A stretch of 63,947 nt of DNA, filler included, from Folioceros fuciformis (lineage: Eukaryota): NCBI GenBank assembly GCA_049999805.1. It is 12 parts of 12 records of this genome, joined end to end, with 100 filler letters (N's around TTAATTAATTAA, not from the genome) between each part and the next. Parts side by side here need not be neighbours in the genome. Positions count along the whole stretch, not along the records: positions 5,161 to 18,213 come from JBNGIO010006062.1; positions 18,314 to 22,086 come from JBNGIO010006063.1; positions 22,187 to 28,972 come from JBNGIO010006065.1; 9 more parts are not named here. One strand, 5' to 3'. Shown here piece by piece: positions 12,580 to 23,374 of the stretch; position 1 is the first letter of the stretch; every line of letters starts with the position of its first letter. The notes below the pieces were generated by a model. The model did not search any database and was not told where the DNA came from. It saw nothing but the letters and a program-made list of their open reading frames with translations. The position numbers and the translations under genes were made by a program.

Positions 12580-14421
12580 CTGCAAACCGCCTGGCCAGCC
12601 TGCTGGATCTCCAGCCGGGTCGCCTGCTTGACCCAGCATCGGCAAGCCCCAGCTAGCCCGCTTGCCGCTACTAGGCTGCCTACTACTGGGCCAGGCTGGC
12701 CTGCTGCTCCGGCCCTTTAGCAACCTCCCCGAGTTGTCTAGCCTCCATCTGATCGGGACTGGACAGCCACGATCAGCTGGCCTGACCGCTGCTGGTCCAG
12801 TGCCGCCTGCATGCCTCCAGCCCAACCAGCACACCCAGGTCCACCCCGACTAGCCCGGCTAGCCGACCAGCCTGCCTTCCGGATCAGCTAGCCAAGCTGG
12901 CTGCAGGCCGGCTGATCCTGCTGCGCTCTAGGCTAGCCATCGACTCCTAGGTCTGGCTAGGCAGTCAGCCCGCGGGTCGCCTGCTTCCTAGATGCCGAGT
13001 CGCCTACCACCTAGTTGCCCGCTCCAGGATCAACCAGCCAGCCTGCCGTCGGCCTGGCCTTCGAATCCGCCAGCAACCAACCAGCCCCTGCCGATCGGCC
13101 CTGCATCCGGATCTGGCCAGGCAGCCCGCCCGCCGAGCTGCCTGCTGTTGGGCCGGGCTGGCCTGCTGTCTAGGTTCCTCAGCAGCCAACAGCCTCCAAC
13201 CGGCCCTCGGCCTCCTCCTGACTGCGCAGACCAATCAGCTCGATCAACCTGGATCCACCTCCGCCAGCCAGCCTACTTCCACCCGCCTAGCTAGTCTTTT
13301 GTTGGTTGGATTCAGCCGGAACCCCAGCCTGGACCCGACCCCGTGCTCAGCCTGGCCTGGACGCTCCTTAGACACAACATCACCCCCTTGCCCATCTCGC
13401 CTGCGCCAGGCAGCTGCTGCCTAGCTGGATCTATCTGCAAGTCACCTGCCGGCTGCCTTCCCACGCTGCCGACTCCTGCTCAAGATCCTGCAACCAAGTC
13501 ACTGCCTGGCTTTCAAGTCTCGCCACATTCATCCGGAGCCCTACCCCAGCCACCTTGTTGCCTGATTGGTTTTGAACCGCCTGGATCTAGTCGCCACCCG
13601 CCTAGCTTGGATTCAGCCGCTGCTGAGCCAGCCCAACCAGGTCCACCCCTGACAGCCGCCATGCGCTCCACCAGTCTTCCCAGCCCGGGTCCACTCCTAG
13701 CCTGGGTTCGGGCCTGATTTTCTCCCACCGGCCCAACTAGCCGCTTAGCCCTCCGGCCCGCTGAACCCGGCCACCTTTGCTCTCGTGACCCTTGCCTAGC
13801 CAATGCGCCATGAGCAAGGGCCCGTCGTCCCCGTCTTTTCTTTTCCCCCTGATCCCCGACTTGCCCTTCCCACGCATAGTCCTAGGCTTCCACACACATC
13901 CAGACGCCCTAGCCAAGGGGACTAGACCCGTGGCCTACCTACCACACATCCCACCAAACCCCTATCGACTCACCGTTAATCTAACCTAATCTTCTAACCA
14001 CTCCTCAACGAATTTCAATCAGAAAACCAACCCAAAAAAACAAACTCTGCCATTTCCTAGGGGATTTGCTCGTCATGTGGACTCCATAGGGAGCCAAGAA
14101 TAGCCAGGGAAGGAAAACGTGCCATAGACACGCATGCGATGGGAGGAGGGGGGCCTTTGTCTTTATGGAGTTTGTGACTGCCACTTCATCTCTACTAATG
14201 CCTTCATCCGTTTTCATACCAGTCCTGACCTCCTGCCTTTTTACCAACTTCATAGGGGTGGCGGCTGGATTTGGCAGACGATGCACCACCATGGAAGCCA
14301 TGAAGAGAGGAAGATAAAGCAAGCTTGATAGGAATAGCTTGCATGTGTTACGATATATAATCTGGGTTCAGGGTTATATATATATATATATATTTATATA
14401 TACATAAGTAATCGTAGCTGT

Positions 14422-14573
14422 TGTTAGCAGCCTAAAGTTTAGGATTGTGAATAGTCATGACTCTTGACATTTTTGTATATAAGATATATCAGTGCTTAAT
14501 TTAAGAATCCTTTTTTTTTTGGCAATTGAGTGAGCATGCGTTGCTCTCAAAAACTTTAACATGGTATCAGAGC
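14422..14573 (+). repeat. Short 5' LTR (about 140 bp, TGTTAG...TTAACA) and PBS of copia C
   Basis: TGGTATCAGAGC at 14562-14573 directly after TTAACA; left edge inferred from the terminal inverted repeat only. Confidence 0.75.
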
Positions 14574-14879
14574 TTCTTTTCTTTTTTTTCTTTTTTTTTC
14601 TTTTTTTTTCTACCGCAGCGCGGAGGTGTGCTGGAAGCGGTGCATGTGTCTGGTGGCGTTTTATCCCTACATGCAAAGGACGCGGAGTTAGTTCTTTTTC
14701 CTTTCCCCAACCGCCATCACCTAATGTTTGCTGCCGTCTGACCCCCTGGTCTTCCTTCCATGTCGCTTTGCGCTCCTTCTACCAGCTTTCCTGCTATCCA
14801 TCTTGACGCACTTTCTGAAGAAGGTCCTGGTGCGGCTTGATCACCCGCAACCTCTATCTTCTCCAAAAAGCGAGTCAGA

Positions 14880-17800
14880 ATGGCGACAGCAGGAGGGGGA
14901 GGAGGAGCGGGCGGTGGTGGAAGTGGGGGAGCAGGTAGTGGTGGAGTGATTCCTCAGCCACTCCCGCCTGTCCCAGTGATTCCACAACCTTCTTACTCAG
15001 TTGAATTTAAGGAGCAAGATCGCTTTAATGGCATGAAGTTCGAAGGTTGGAAGGTGCGCATGACAGCTGCCCTGCAAGCGAGACACGTTTGGGGAGTTGT
15101 TAGCGGCACGCGGCATCTTGTGTGGCAGACTGTGCAGGTTCCTTAAGAACCTGCACAGTCTGCCACACAAGAAGAGAAGGACAAGTGGGCAAACCTTAAT
15201 TATGTTGCTCGTGCCATCATCATAAGCGGGCTGGACGAGACTCTCCTTGCGGATGTTGCCTTCTTAACCAAAGCTGAAGACATCTGGATCCTGCTCACAC
15301 AGGCATATGAAGCTAAGAACATTCTTACCATTTGTGCTGTGCGTGGTGAACTCTTCTCTTTGCGGCTTAAGGAAGGCGATAAGGTGTCCCCATTTGTCAT
15401 TCGTTTTCGTCAACTGCGGGCTCAACTCATCAACCTCGGCTCACAATTCCCGGAGCTTGATGCTGTTAGCCAACTTCTGACCAGCTTGCCTCCTAGCTAT
15501 CAGACTTTTGTCTCCAGCTATGGAGCAACTGTTCGCACTGCCGATGCAGCTAGAGCAGCCGGCCAGCCAACCAACATCAACCTGGCTGATGTGATTGGCG
15601 CCCTGCTACAAGAGGAACAAAGCCGCAGCCACTCTACTGTTAGTAGTGGTCGAACCAAGGCTGATAAAGTTCTCTATTCTCAAGGTAAGAATATCAGAAG
15701 GAAGCCTACCTCCGGTGCAGGTGCAGGCTCTTCTAAATCCACTTCTGTAAAGAGATCTGGCGCCTGTAACTGGTGTGGTGTACAGGGCCACTAGGAACGG
15801 GAGTGTAGAAAAAAGAAATCAGGGGAGCCATGCAAAGCTGAGAAGTCCTCCAGACAGGCTGAAGCTCATGTGGCATCCAAGGATCGACTTTCCTCGTCGA
15901 CTTCAACCAAACCGCCTGTTGTCATGACGGTTTGCCTTGCATCTTCTGCTCACCCTTCCCCACAAAGTTGGTATATCGATTCAGGGGCCACTTCTCACAT
16001 CTGTAACGATAAGTCACTGCTCAATCATTTTCGTTCTTCTCAAACTACTGACAAAGTGCTTCTGGGAGATGAGCTTACACGTACAGGTTTGAAGATAGCA
16101 GGTTCTGGCTCCTGTCGTTTCCGTCTCCGGGACGGTTCAGTCCTTCACCTGGACAATGTTCTTTACGTCCCTCATATGGCTAAGCACTTGTTGTCCGTTA
16201 GCCAGCTTATGTCCCTACGCACCTATGATTTGCTCTTCTCTTCTTTCCGCTGTGAGCTTAAGACGAGAGGGGAGGGAGGTCAGGTTGTTGCTACTGGACA
16301 TATAGTACATGACTTGTATCAACTTGATTTAATAGTCATACCTCCAAATTCTGCTCATGTTGCCCAGTCGTCGCAAGCTGCTCAGGCCAATCTTTGGCAC
16401 GCCCGCCTAGGTCATGCCAACCGTGACAAGCTGATAAAGATGTCTAATCTGACCTGCTATAGAGAGCCTCTGCCAAAATGTTTTAAGGACCTGCCTTTGT
16501 GTGATGCCTGCGTTATAGCAAAACAAAAGGAGAGACCCTTTCCAACATCCAAGGCACATCGAGCTTCACAGATTCTGGAACTGGTACATGCAGATATCTC
16601 TGGAAAGGTCCACATACCCTCTTTGGGTGGAGCTTTAAACTATTTTACACTTACCGATGATTTTAGTCGGTATTCTTGGACATACCCGATGCGGCTCAAG
16701 TCTGACACTTTTGAACTCTTCCAAGAGTGGCTGCAAATGGTCCAAAGGCAGACTGGTTGCTTGTTGAAGTGCCTACGTACCGATAATGGTACAGAATTTA
16801 CGCATGGCCACTTCAATCAGTTTCTTCTGGATCAGGGTATTGTCCGCCAATTGATTGTCCCCTATACCCAGGATCAGAACGGCGTTGCTGAACGCCGTAA
16901 CCAGATTCTGTTAGGGATGACTCGTAGTATGTTGGAATGGTCGGGTCTTAGCAAAGCATACTGGGCTGAAGCAGTGGTAACGGCAACTTACATTCTCAAT
17001 CGTCTTGTGACAAGTGCTGTGGATGGTGCAAACCCCTATGAGGTCATATGGCGAAGAAAGCCGAGTCTACTTCATCTCAGAGTGTTCGGCTCTCCAGCCT
17101 ACTCATATGTCCCTGAGGAAAAGAGACACAAGTTAGATGCCCGTGCCAAGCCACGATTGTTTGTTGGTTACGATGAAGAAGTAAAGGCGTACAAGCTTTA
17201 TGATCCCCTTACCAATTCTGCGATGTTCGCCAGGAGTGTCACTTTCCGTGAGCTAACCAGTCTTGCAAAGCCGTATTTTGATTCGGTGCCCTATACCCCT
17301 TCCAACTTTACTGTCATCGACGTTGTTGACGAGGAAGATACATCTGAGTTTCCCCAAGATGATTTTGTGGCTGCAAGCTCAGAATATCCCCTCGTGTTTG
17401 ATCCTGCTATTCAACATGCCCCACCAGGCGATCCAATTGTTCCCGACGAGGATCCTGCAGCAGATGTTCTTCCAGAATTTGCTGAGAATGCTGAAGATCA
17501 GGCCGGTGCTCCTGCACCTGTCCCAGCACCTGCAGATGATGAGCAAGCGAATCAGGACATTCTAGACGATATCTCCCAAGCTTCAGATGTTTCAGTCGAC
17601 ACCCATTTGTTACCTAATTTTGCAGTGGAGGCTGAAGATGACATCCCTATACCCGCTCCACCAGCTGAGCGCAGATATCCCGTCCGAGAGAGGTTATCAC
17701 CAACTCAGTGGAAAGAACCTCCATACCAGTCAATCGATTTTCGGCGTCCAAGGGCAGGCCTTTCTCTGAAGGGTGCCACTGAGGAACTTCTTGTTTTCAA

Positions 17801-18213
17801 GCCCGAGCCCCGTACTTATACTGAGGCTATCACTGGAGCTGATCAAGCTCATTGGATACCCTCCATCCAAGATGAATACGATTCACTTATTAAGAATGAT
17901 ACATGAGAACTTTGCCCTCTGCCTGCGGGACGCAAGGTGGTCAGCTGTAAGTGGGTATTCAAACACAAACTCAATGAGAAAGGCGAGATTGCCAGATATA
18001 AATCCCGTCTTGTCGCTCGAGGCTTCACTCAAATTCCGGGTGTTGATTTCCATGACACCTTCAGCCCTGTTGTCAAAACACAATCCATCAGAATGATACT
18101 TGCTCTTGCCGCTGCTCATGCCTGGGATTTGTAGCAGATGGACATCTGTACTGCGTTTTTGTATGATGAGCTTGAGGAGGATATCTACATGCAACAGCCC
18201 GAGGGTTTTGTTG
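14880..18213 (+). pseudogene. copia C gag-pol, single frame with four in-frame stops
   Basis: ORFs at 14880, 15339, 15870 and 17937 share one frame; zinc knuckle CNWCGVQGH*EREC, WYIDSGATSH, GAG-pre-integrase LWHARLGH, RTDNGTEF, RT CKWVFK; stops at 15144, 15792, 17904, 18132. Confidence 0.92.
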
Positions 18214-18313
18214 NNNNNNNNNNNNNNNNNNNNNNNNNNNNNNNNNNNNNNNNNNNNTTAATTAATTAANNNNNNNNNNNNNNNNNNNNNNNNNNNNNNN
18301 NNNNNNNNNNNNN

Positions 18314-20480
18314 CTTTTATTCCTTCTGAGTAGCCTAGAAACAGCATAGCCTTGGCCTTAAATTCCAGTTTGGTTCTGACTTCCTTTGGAATATGGATGA
18401 ACACTTTGCAGCCGAATATTCTAAAATGAGAAATATCTGGCTTAGAGCCTGTCTAGCGCTCAAAAGGAGTCGCCCCTGGGAAGGATGAAGTTGGGAGCCG
18501 ATTTTGGATATATGAGGCTGTATGGAAAGCCTCCGCCCAGTACCTTCTGGGAAGACTTGCTTGGAATAACATGGCCTTTGCACATTCTTGAAGATAACGA
18601 CTTTTCGATTCCGCCAAAGGATTTTGGCTTGAACTATAGGGCACTGTTAATTGCCGAACTATGCCAAGGGACTAGCAGTTTTGGTGAAATTCGAGGCTAT
18701 TAAACTAACCTCCGTTATCGCTTCTGAGAACTTTCAATTTTCAGCCTGTGTGCCTTTGTGAGTATTCAACGTACTGCATGAACTTATCCAAGGCCTCTGA
18801 CTTATGCTGCAGGAAATAGGTTACTGTAAACCTGCTAAAGTCGTCTACTATCACCATGAAGTATAAGGCACCTCCAAGTGACTTCGTGGACATCGGTCCA
18901 CATAGATCAATGTGGACCACATCTAGTAAATCTTTCGCCCGATTATGTTCAACATTTTTCTTTGGATTTTTCTTAGGCATTTTTGCATGAATGCAAGCTT
19001 CACAAATAACCTCTGTTTCATCAACCTTCCAGTTTATCTTATTCCGATACAGGTTCTGTTCTGGCATGCTCTTCATCTTAATATAATTCGGGTGCCCTAA
19101 TCTGCAGTGCCACAGCAACTGTTCACTATTAGCACCAAGCGTCTTGGCCAGCAGAGCTGTCGATATGATGCTTCTACCCTCTGGTTCTCCGAGGTGAGTT
19201 CGACAATCCAGTTTATACAAATCATTCTCTAGCATCCCCGTAGCTAAGGGCTCATGACTAAGAGAATCTATCAGCTCACATGATGCTTCATCGAACATAA
19301 TGTTCAGTCTCCACTCTCTACAAAGGTGTCTCACAGATAAGAGATTTTTGGCCATCTGCGGAACGTGGAGCACCTGGTGAAGTTCTCTAACAATTCCACC
19401 GCTCAATACTATTCTCACACTCCCTGTTCCAGCAATGTTCAGACCACTTTCATCACCCAGGAGTACGAACTGTCCTGGTGGGCGTGACTGATATTTATAA
19501 AAGCTGTCTCGGGTGTAACATATATGTGCCGAGGCACCAGAGTCAACGAACTAGGTACGTTCATATGATTTTGCATGTGCCAAATAGACTGCAAGGATAA
19601 TGTTCGCATTTGACGTCTTTTGTCTGCTTGTAACATTTGCCTCGGGTGACACTCTGCGAGGCTCAACGGCTCTTTTCTTTCTGCAGTCGGCTTCTATGTG
19701 TCCCATAAGCTTGCACCAATTACATGTCAAACGTTTGTGGTTAGGATTCGAAAAAGTTCTACCTCCCACTGGCTTGGGCCTTCCCTGCCATGACTGTCTG
19801 TTGGCGAATCGACCTCCACCTCCACCATGAACTCCTCTACCAGCATACGAAGCCCTGTTGTGTGAGCTTTGTCCTCTATTAGAGTTCATTGATGCTTCTT
19901 CCTCCAATAACGCCCCTATAGTGTTTGATAGGGAAATAGCGTTTGCTGCTGCTGTTCGAAGGTTACTATTTTGTGTACTAACAAAAACACGGTACCTGTC
20001 AGGTAGCGACATCAATAGGGCCACCGAGGCCTGCAGTTTTGAAACCTTTGTTCCTGCTGTCGCTAATTTTTGCCTCAGGTGTCTGAAATGCATAACATGT
20101 TCCTCCACACTCTCTGACTCTCTCATTTTACAGTTCCAGAAAGAACGTGTGGCATGAACCAGCGAGGACTGGTTAGTTGTGGCAAACATCTGCGATAACG
20201 CAGTCCATGCAAGATGAGCCGAGGTGGCATCTTCGATATGATGAATCATCGTGTTGTCGATGGTAAGCTCCAATATTGCTCGTGCTCTTAGATCTTTCTT
20301 AACCCACGCAGTTATGTCTGCTGCAGTTGCGTTTGCACCTGGATGTGCCACAGTACCATCAACAATGTCCCACAGTTCTTCTATTTGGAGCAACGTCTTG
20401 ACTCTGTGTGCCTAGACGTCGTAGTTGGATCCTGAGAAGCGATCCTTATCCTTACAGTCCAGTTTCATGGCGTTGGCCAT
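18314..20480 (-). pseudogene. copia D gag-protease-integrase (degenerate)
   Basis: MANAMKLDCKDKDRFSGSNYDV*, CNWCKLMGHIEADC, *FVDSGASAH, LWHCRLGH, HIDLCGP, YWAEAFHTASYIQNRLP. Confidence 0.9.
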
Positions 20481-20725
20481 TTGCGCTGGATTTCTCCTTT
20501 GATATGAAGAGGTCTGCTGCAGCCAATTCGGGACGTTGCCATGAAACCACTACCTCGAACTGCTGGAGGTCGGAGAGTCGGATCTGTGCCTCTGTCCCAG
20601 TTGATGTCCGGGTCCAGGTGAGCGACCACGTCGCCCTACGTTACTTAATTTGTCGTCAGAAGTTAATCTGTGGATAGGCATTCCTTTGTTCCCACTTCAA
20701 GCTTTTGTGATTTTACATCACCTTG

Positions 20726-20942
20726 TGTAGATGCGTCAAAATTTAGGACGGCATTGAGCAAAGGCGGAGCTTGCACGAATACTCACACACTTTATTCAGG
20801 CTTATGTTTCTTAAATACATGCGATTTATCAGTTATTCAGTTATCAACTGAATCCTATGAAAGTAACTAACTCTGCTCCTAACGAGCGACGAAACTAAAC
20901 CCGTTCATTAAATACCTGGGGGTTTCTTACGGGTTTCTTACA
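20726..20942 (-). repeat. Probable 3' LTR of copia G
   Basis: Minus-strand AAGGGAG purine tract then TGTAAGA at 20942; AATAAA inside; candidate end TCTACA at 20726 (uncertain). Confidence 0.55.
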
Positions 20943-21002
20943 CTCCCTTAGTTTCTAGCCGTTAGGTTAGATAAAATAATCTTTGATTACTACGAATTCA
21001 CT

Positions 21003-22086
21003 CTAATTAATACTCTTCAAACCGAGTGTCGCTACATGCTTCTCATGTTTCGCTTTTGCCAAGGCCTTCGTGAGGATGTCTGCAGGATTCTCCTCTGTTG
21101 GAATGTAATGTAATTCGACATCGCCTCTTTCCACCAGCTGACGTATATAATGGAATCTCAGCTCCACATGCTTCTTTCTCGAATGGAAAACCGGATTCTG
21201 GCTGAGGGCAATGGCGGACTGTGAGTCTGAATGCAACTTTGTTGCTTGATCATACTGCATCCCTAACCCCTGCGCAAATTGACGATGGCACACTACATCT
21301 TTTGCAGCTTCAGTGCACGCTGAATATTCAGCTTCTGCAGATGAAAGACAAATTGTCTGTAAGCGCTTGCTGCTCCACGAAATTGCAGCTGAGGCTGCAA
21401 CCACTGCGTAGCCAGCCGTTGAACGCCTCTTCTCCAAATCTCCAGCCCAATCACTGTCTGAATATGCTGTGAGTTGTAACTTAGGTACACTGCGTCCTGG
21501 ACTTCTGTTTGCTTTATAGATCAAGCCATATGATGCTGTGCCTTTAAGGTAGCGCAGAACTCTCTTCACAGCAGTCCAGTGCTCATTCCCGTATGCTTGA
21601 AAAAATTGGCATACTTGTGATACAGCTTTACTAATATCTGGACGAGTCGAAACTTGCAAGTGCTGCAGCGATCCGCATGCATTTCTATATGGAATTCGTT
21701 CCATGAGCTGTATATCCTCCGTTGACAGAGGTGCTGGCATTGGCACTAACCTTACTGATGTTGACATTGGTGTAGCGATAGGCTTTGCAGATTCCATGTG
21801 AAACTTCCTCAAAACTTGCTGCACATACTTCTCTTGGGACAAGGTAATTGTACCTTCTGTTCTATCTCTCGTTATTCTCATCCCTAAAAACGAATGAAGT
21901 TCACCCATATCTGTCATGGAGAACCTTGTTGACAAGATATCTTTGGCCTTCTGCAGCATATCTGGACTATTTGACACTAAAATAGTATCATCTACATATA
22001 ATGCAAGTAGTACAAATCCCTGAGAGTCTCGCAGGATAAACACATTGGTGTCTGACGGATTCTGTTCAAATCTGCATGCAATCAGG
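21003..22086 (-). CDS. copia G RT-RNase H (partial, cut by gap)
   Basis: LALYVDD, YSDSDWAGD..RRSTAGY, LSSAEAEY, NPADILTK. Confidence 0.92.
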
Positions 22087-22494
22087 NNNNNNNNNNNNNN
22101 NNNNNNNNNNNNNNNNNNNNNNNNNNNNNNTTAATTAATTAANNNNNNNNNNNNNNNNNNNNNNNNNNNNNNNNNNNNNNNNNNNNTATAATATAACCCT
22201 AATCTCATTATGCCAACATCAATACTCCTTCACTCCCACTTGTTGGATTATGACGATTCGGACGTCTCCTCTTCGCCTTCTCTAACACGGGTCGAGTGTG
22301 AGACTGTGAGCTGAGCTGAAAGCTCCGCTGTGTGCATGTACTGGGTTGCGCCGACACCTTTGCCTTTAAAGAAACGCGATGGAGCGTATCTGCACAAACT
22401 TGGGTAGCAGGTGCGTCGCGACCCTTATAGCATCCCTCCTCGCTTCAAGTCCTTTATTTGTAAGCTGTTGGAGCGTAGGATCTCTGAGCTCAAG

Positions 22495-23365
22495 ATGTCG
22501 TCTTCAGCTACTGACTCCCCTCCTGCAAAGCGCCGTGTCTGCCATCGTGACAAGCTAGGGCGGTTTGTGAGCAAGCCGACTAGAACAGCCGCCTCCTCTC
22601 AGCAGCAAGGATCGGCAAAGATGCCTGCTCCTGCTGCTCAAGGTGGCAGCGGCGGAAGGCGTTCGCGAGGGAGGCCGCGCGGCACCACCAAAGCTTTTCT
22701 TGATCAGCGGCGCTCGTCAGAGACTACAGCCTATAAGACAAAGGCTGCTGTTGCGTGTAAGGCAGCTCCCCGCAAGACGGCTACCCCTAAAGAGAAGTCT
22801 CTTTCAAGGGATCAAAGTGCCAAGTTCCGCTTCAAAGCTGGTGAGTTCGCGTATGCTGATTCTGACTATAGGCCTACTGTGCCGATAAGATTTCCAGTTC
22901 CTACACACTCTGATGAGGAAACCAAGATTGTGAGCCTTGGTTCTTTTGCTATTCCTTGTACCCCTCTGTGGTATAAGTGCCCTTACACCCATCTGAAGAT
23001 GATACGAGTGAGGATAGAGCACTGCCGCGAGTATCAGCGCCATGTGGTCAGCTTTTACAGTAAGTGTTCCCTGTCTACTTTTATGTCAGCATCCCCATTG
23101 CTTTCTTCTCACAGTTCTCTAACAAGCTCCCACTTGCCCTGCAGGATCTGAACTAAGGCTGGAGGAAGAGCACAGCCTTGAGACTGAGGAGAGGATCTCC
23201 TACGTGGAGCGTAGGAAGAGAAACTCTCCAAGATCGGATGAGAGCTTCACCACTCCTTCCGAACATGATCCTGATTCCTCTGAGCCTGATTCCTTTGGCA
23301 GTCGTGCAAGTGTGGCTGTAAATAGTGTGGAAGAAAACAGCGTAGACTGGGGATATGACTGGTAG
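22495..23365 (+). CDS. Predicted two-exon antisense accessory gene of copia E (261 aa; NLS-like, AT-hook, acidic tail); exons 22495-23059 and 23145-23365
   Basis: GTAAGT donor at 23060, CTAAC branch site at 23119, TGCAG acceptor ending 23144; the phase-1 splice keeps the frame open to TAG at 23363-23365; motifs PPAKRR and RSRGRPRG. Confidence 0.72.
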
Positions 23366-23374
23366 TTTGGGTCA

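Larger units (their letters stand above)
6740..14088 (-). mobile_element. GC-rich long-LTR segment (TGTGGAG family), interrupted by element F
   Basis: Degenerate GCCAGCC/GGATCC/CTAG-rich sequence; right end catgtggactccata and the preceding about 200 bp parallel 50580-50842 (catgtggtctccaca); left boundary approximate. Confidence 0.6.

Noticed and set aside
11843-13803. Many overlapping Pro/Ala/Arg-rich ORFs (also 6897-7698 and 47642-50554)
   Set aside because: Expected from stop-poor GC-rich repeat; present in all frames with no domain motifs
14089-14400. Possible host exon between LTRs
   Set aside because: Short ORFs on both strands with no recognisable homology or clear splice signals
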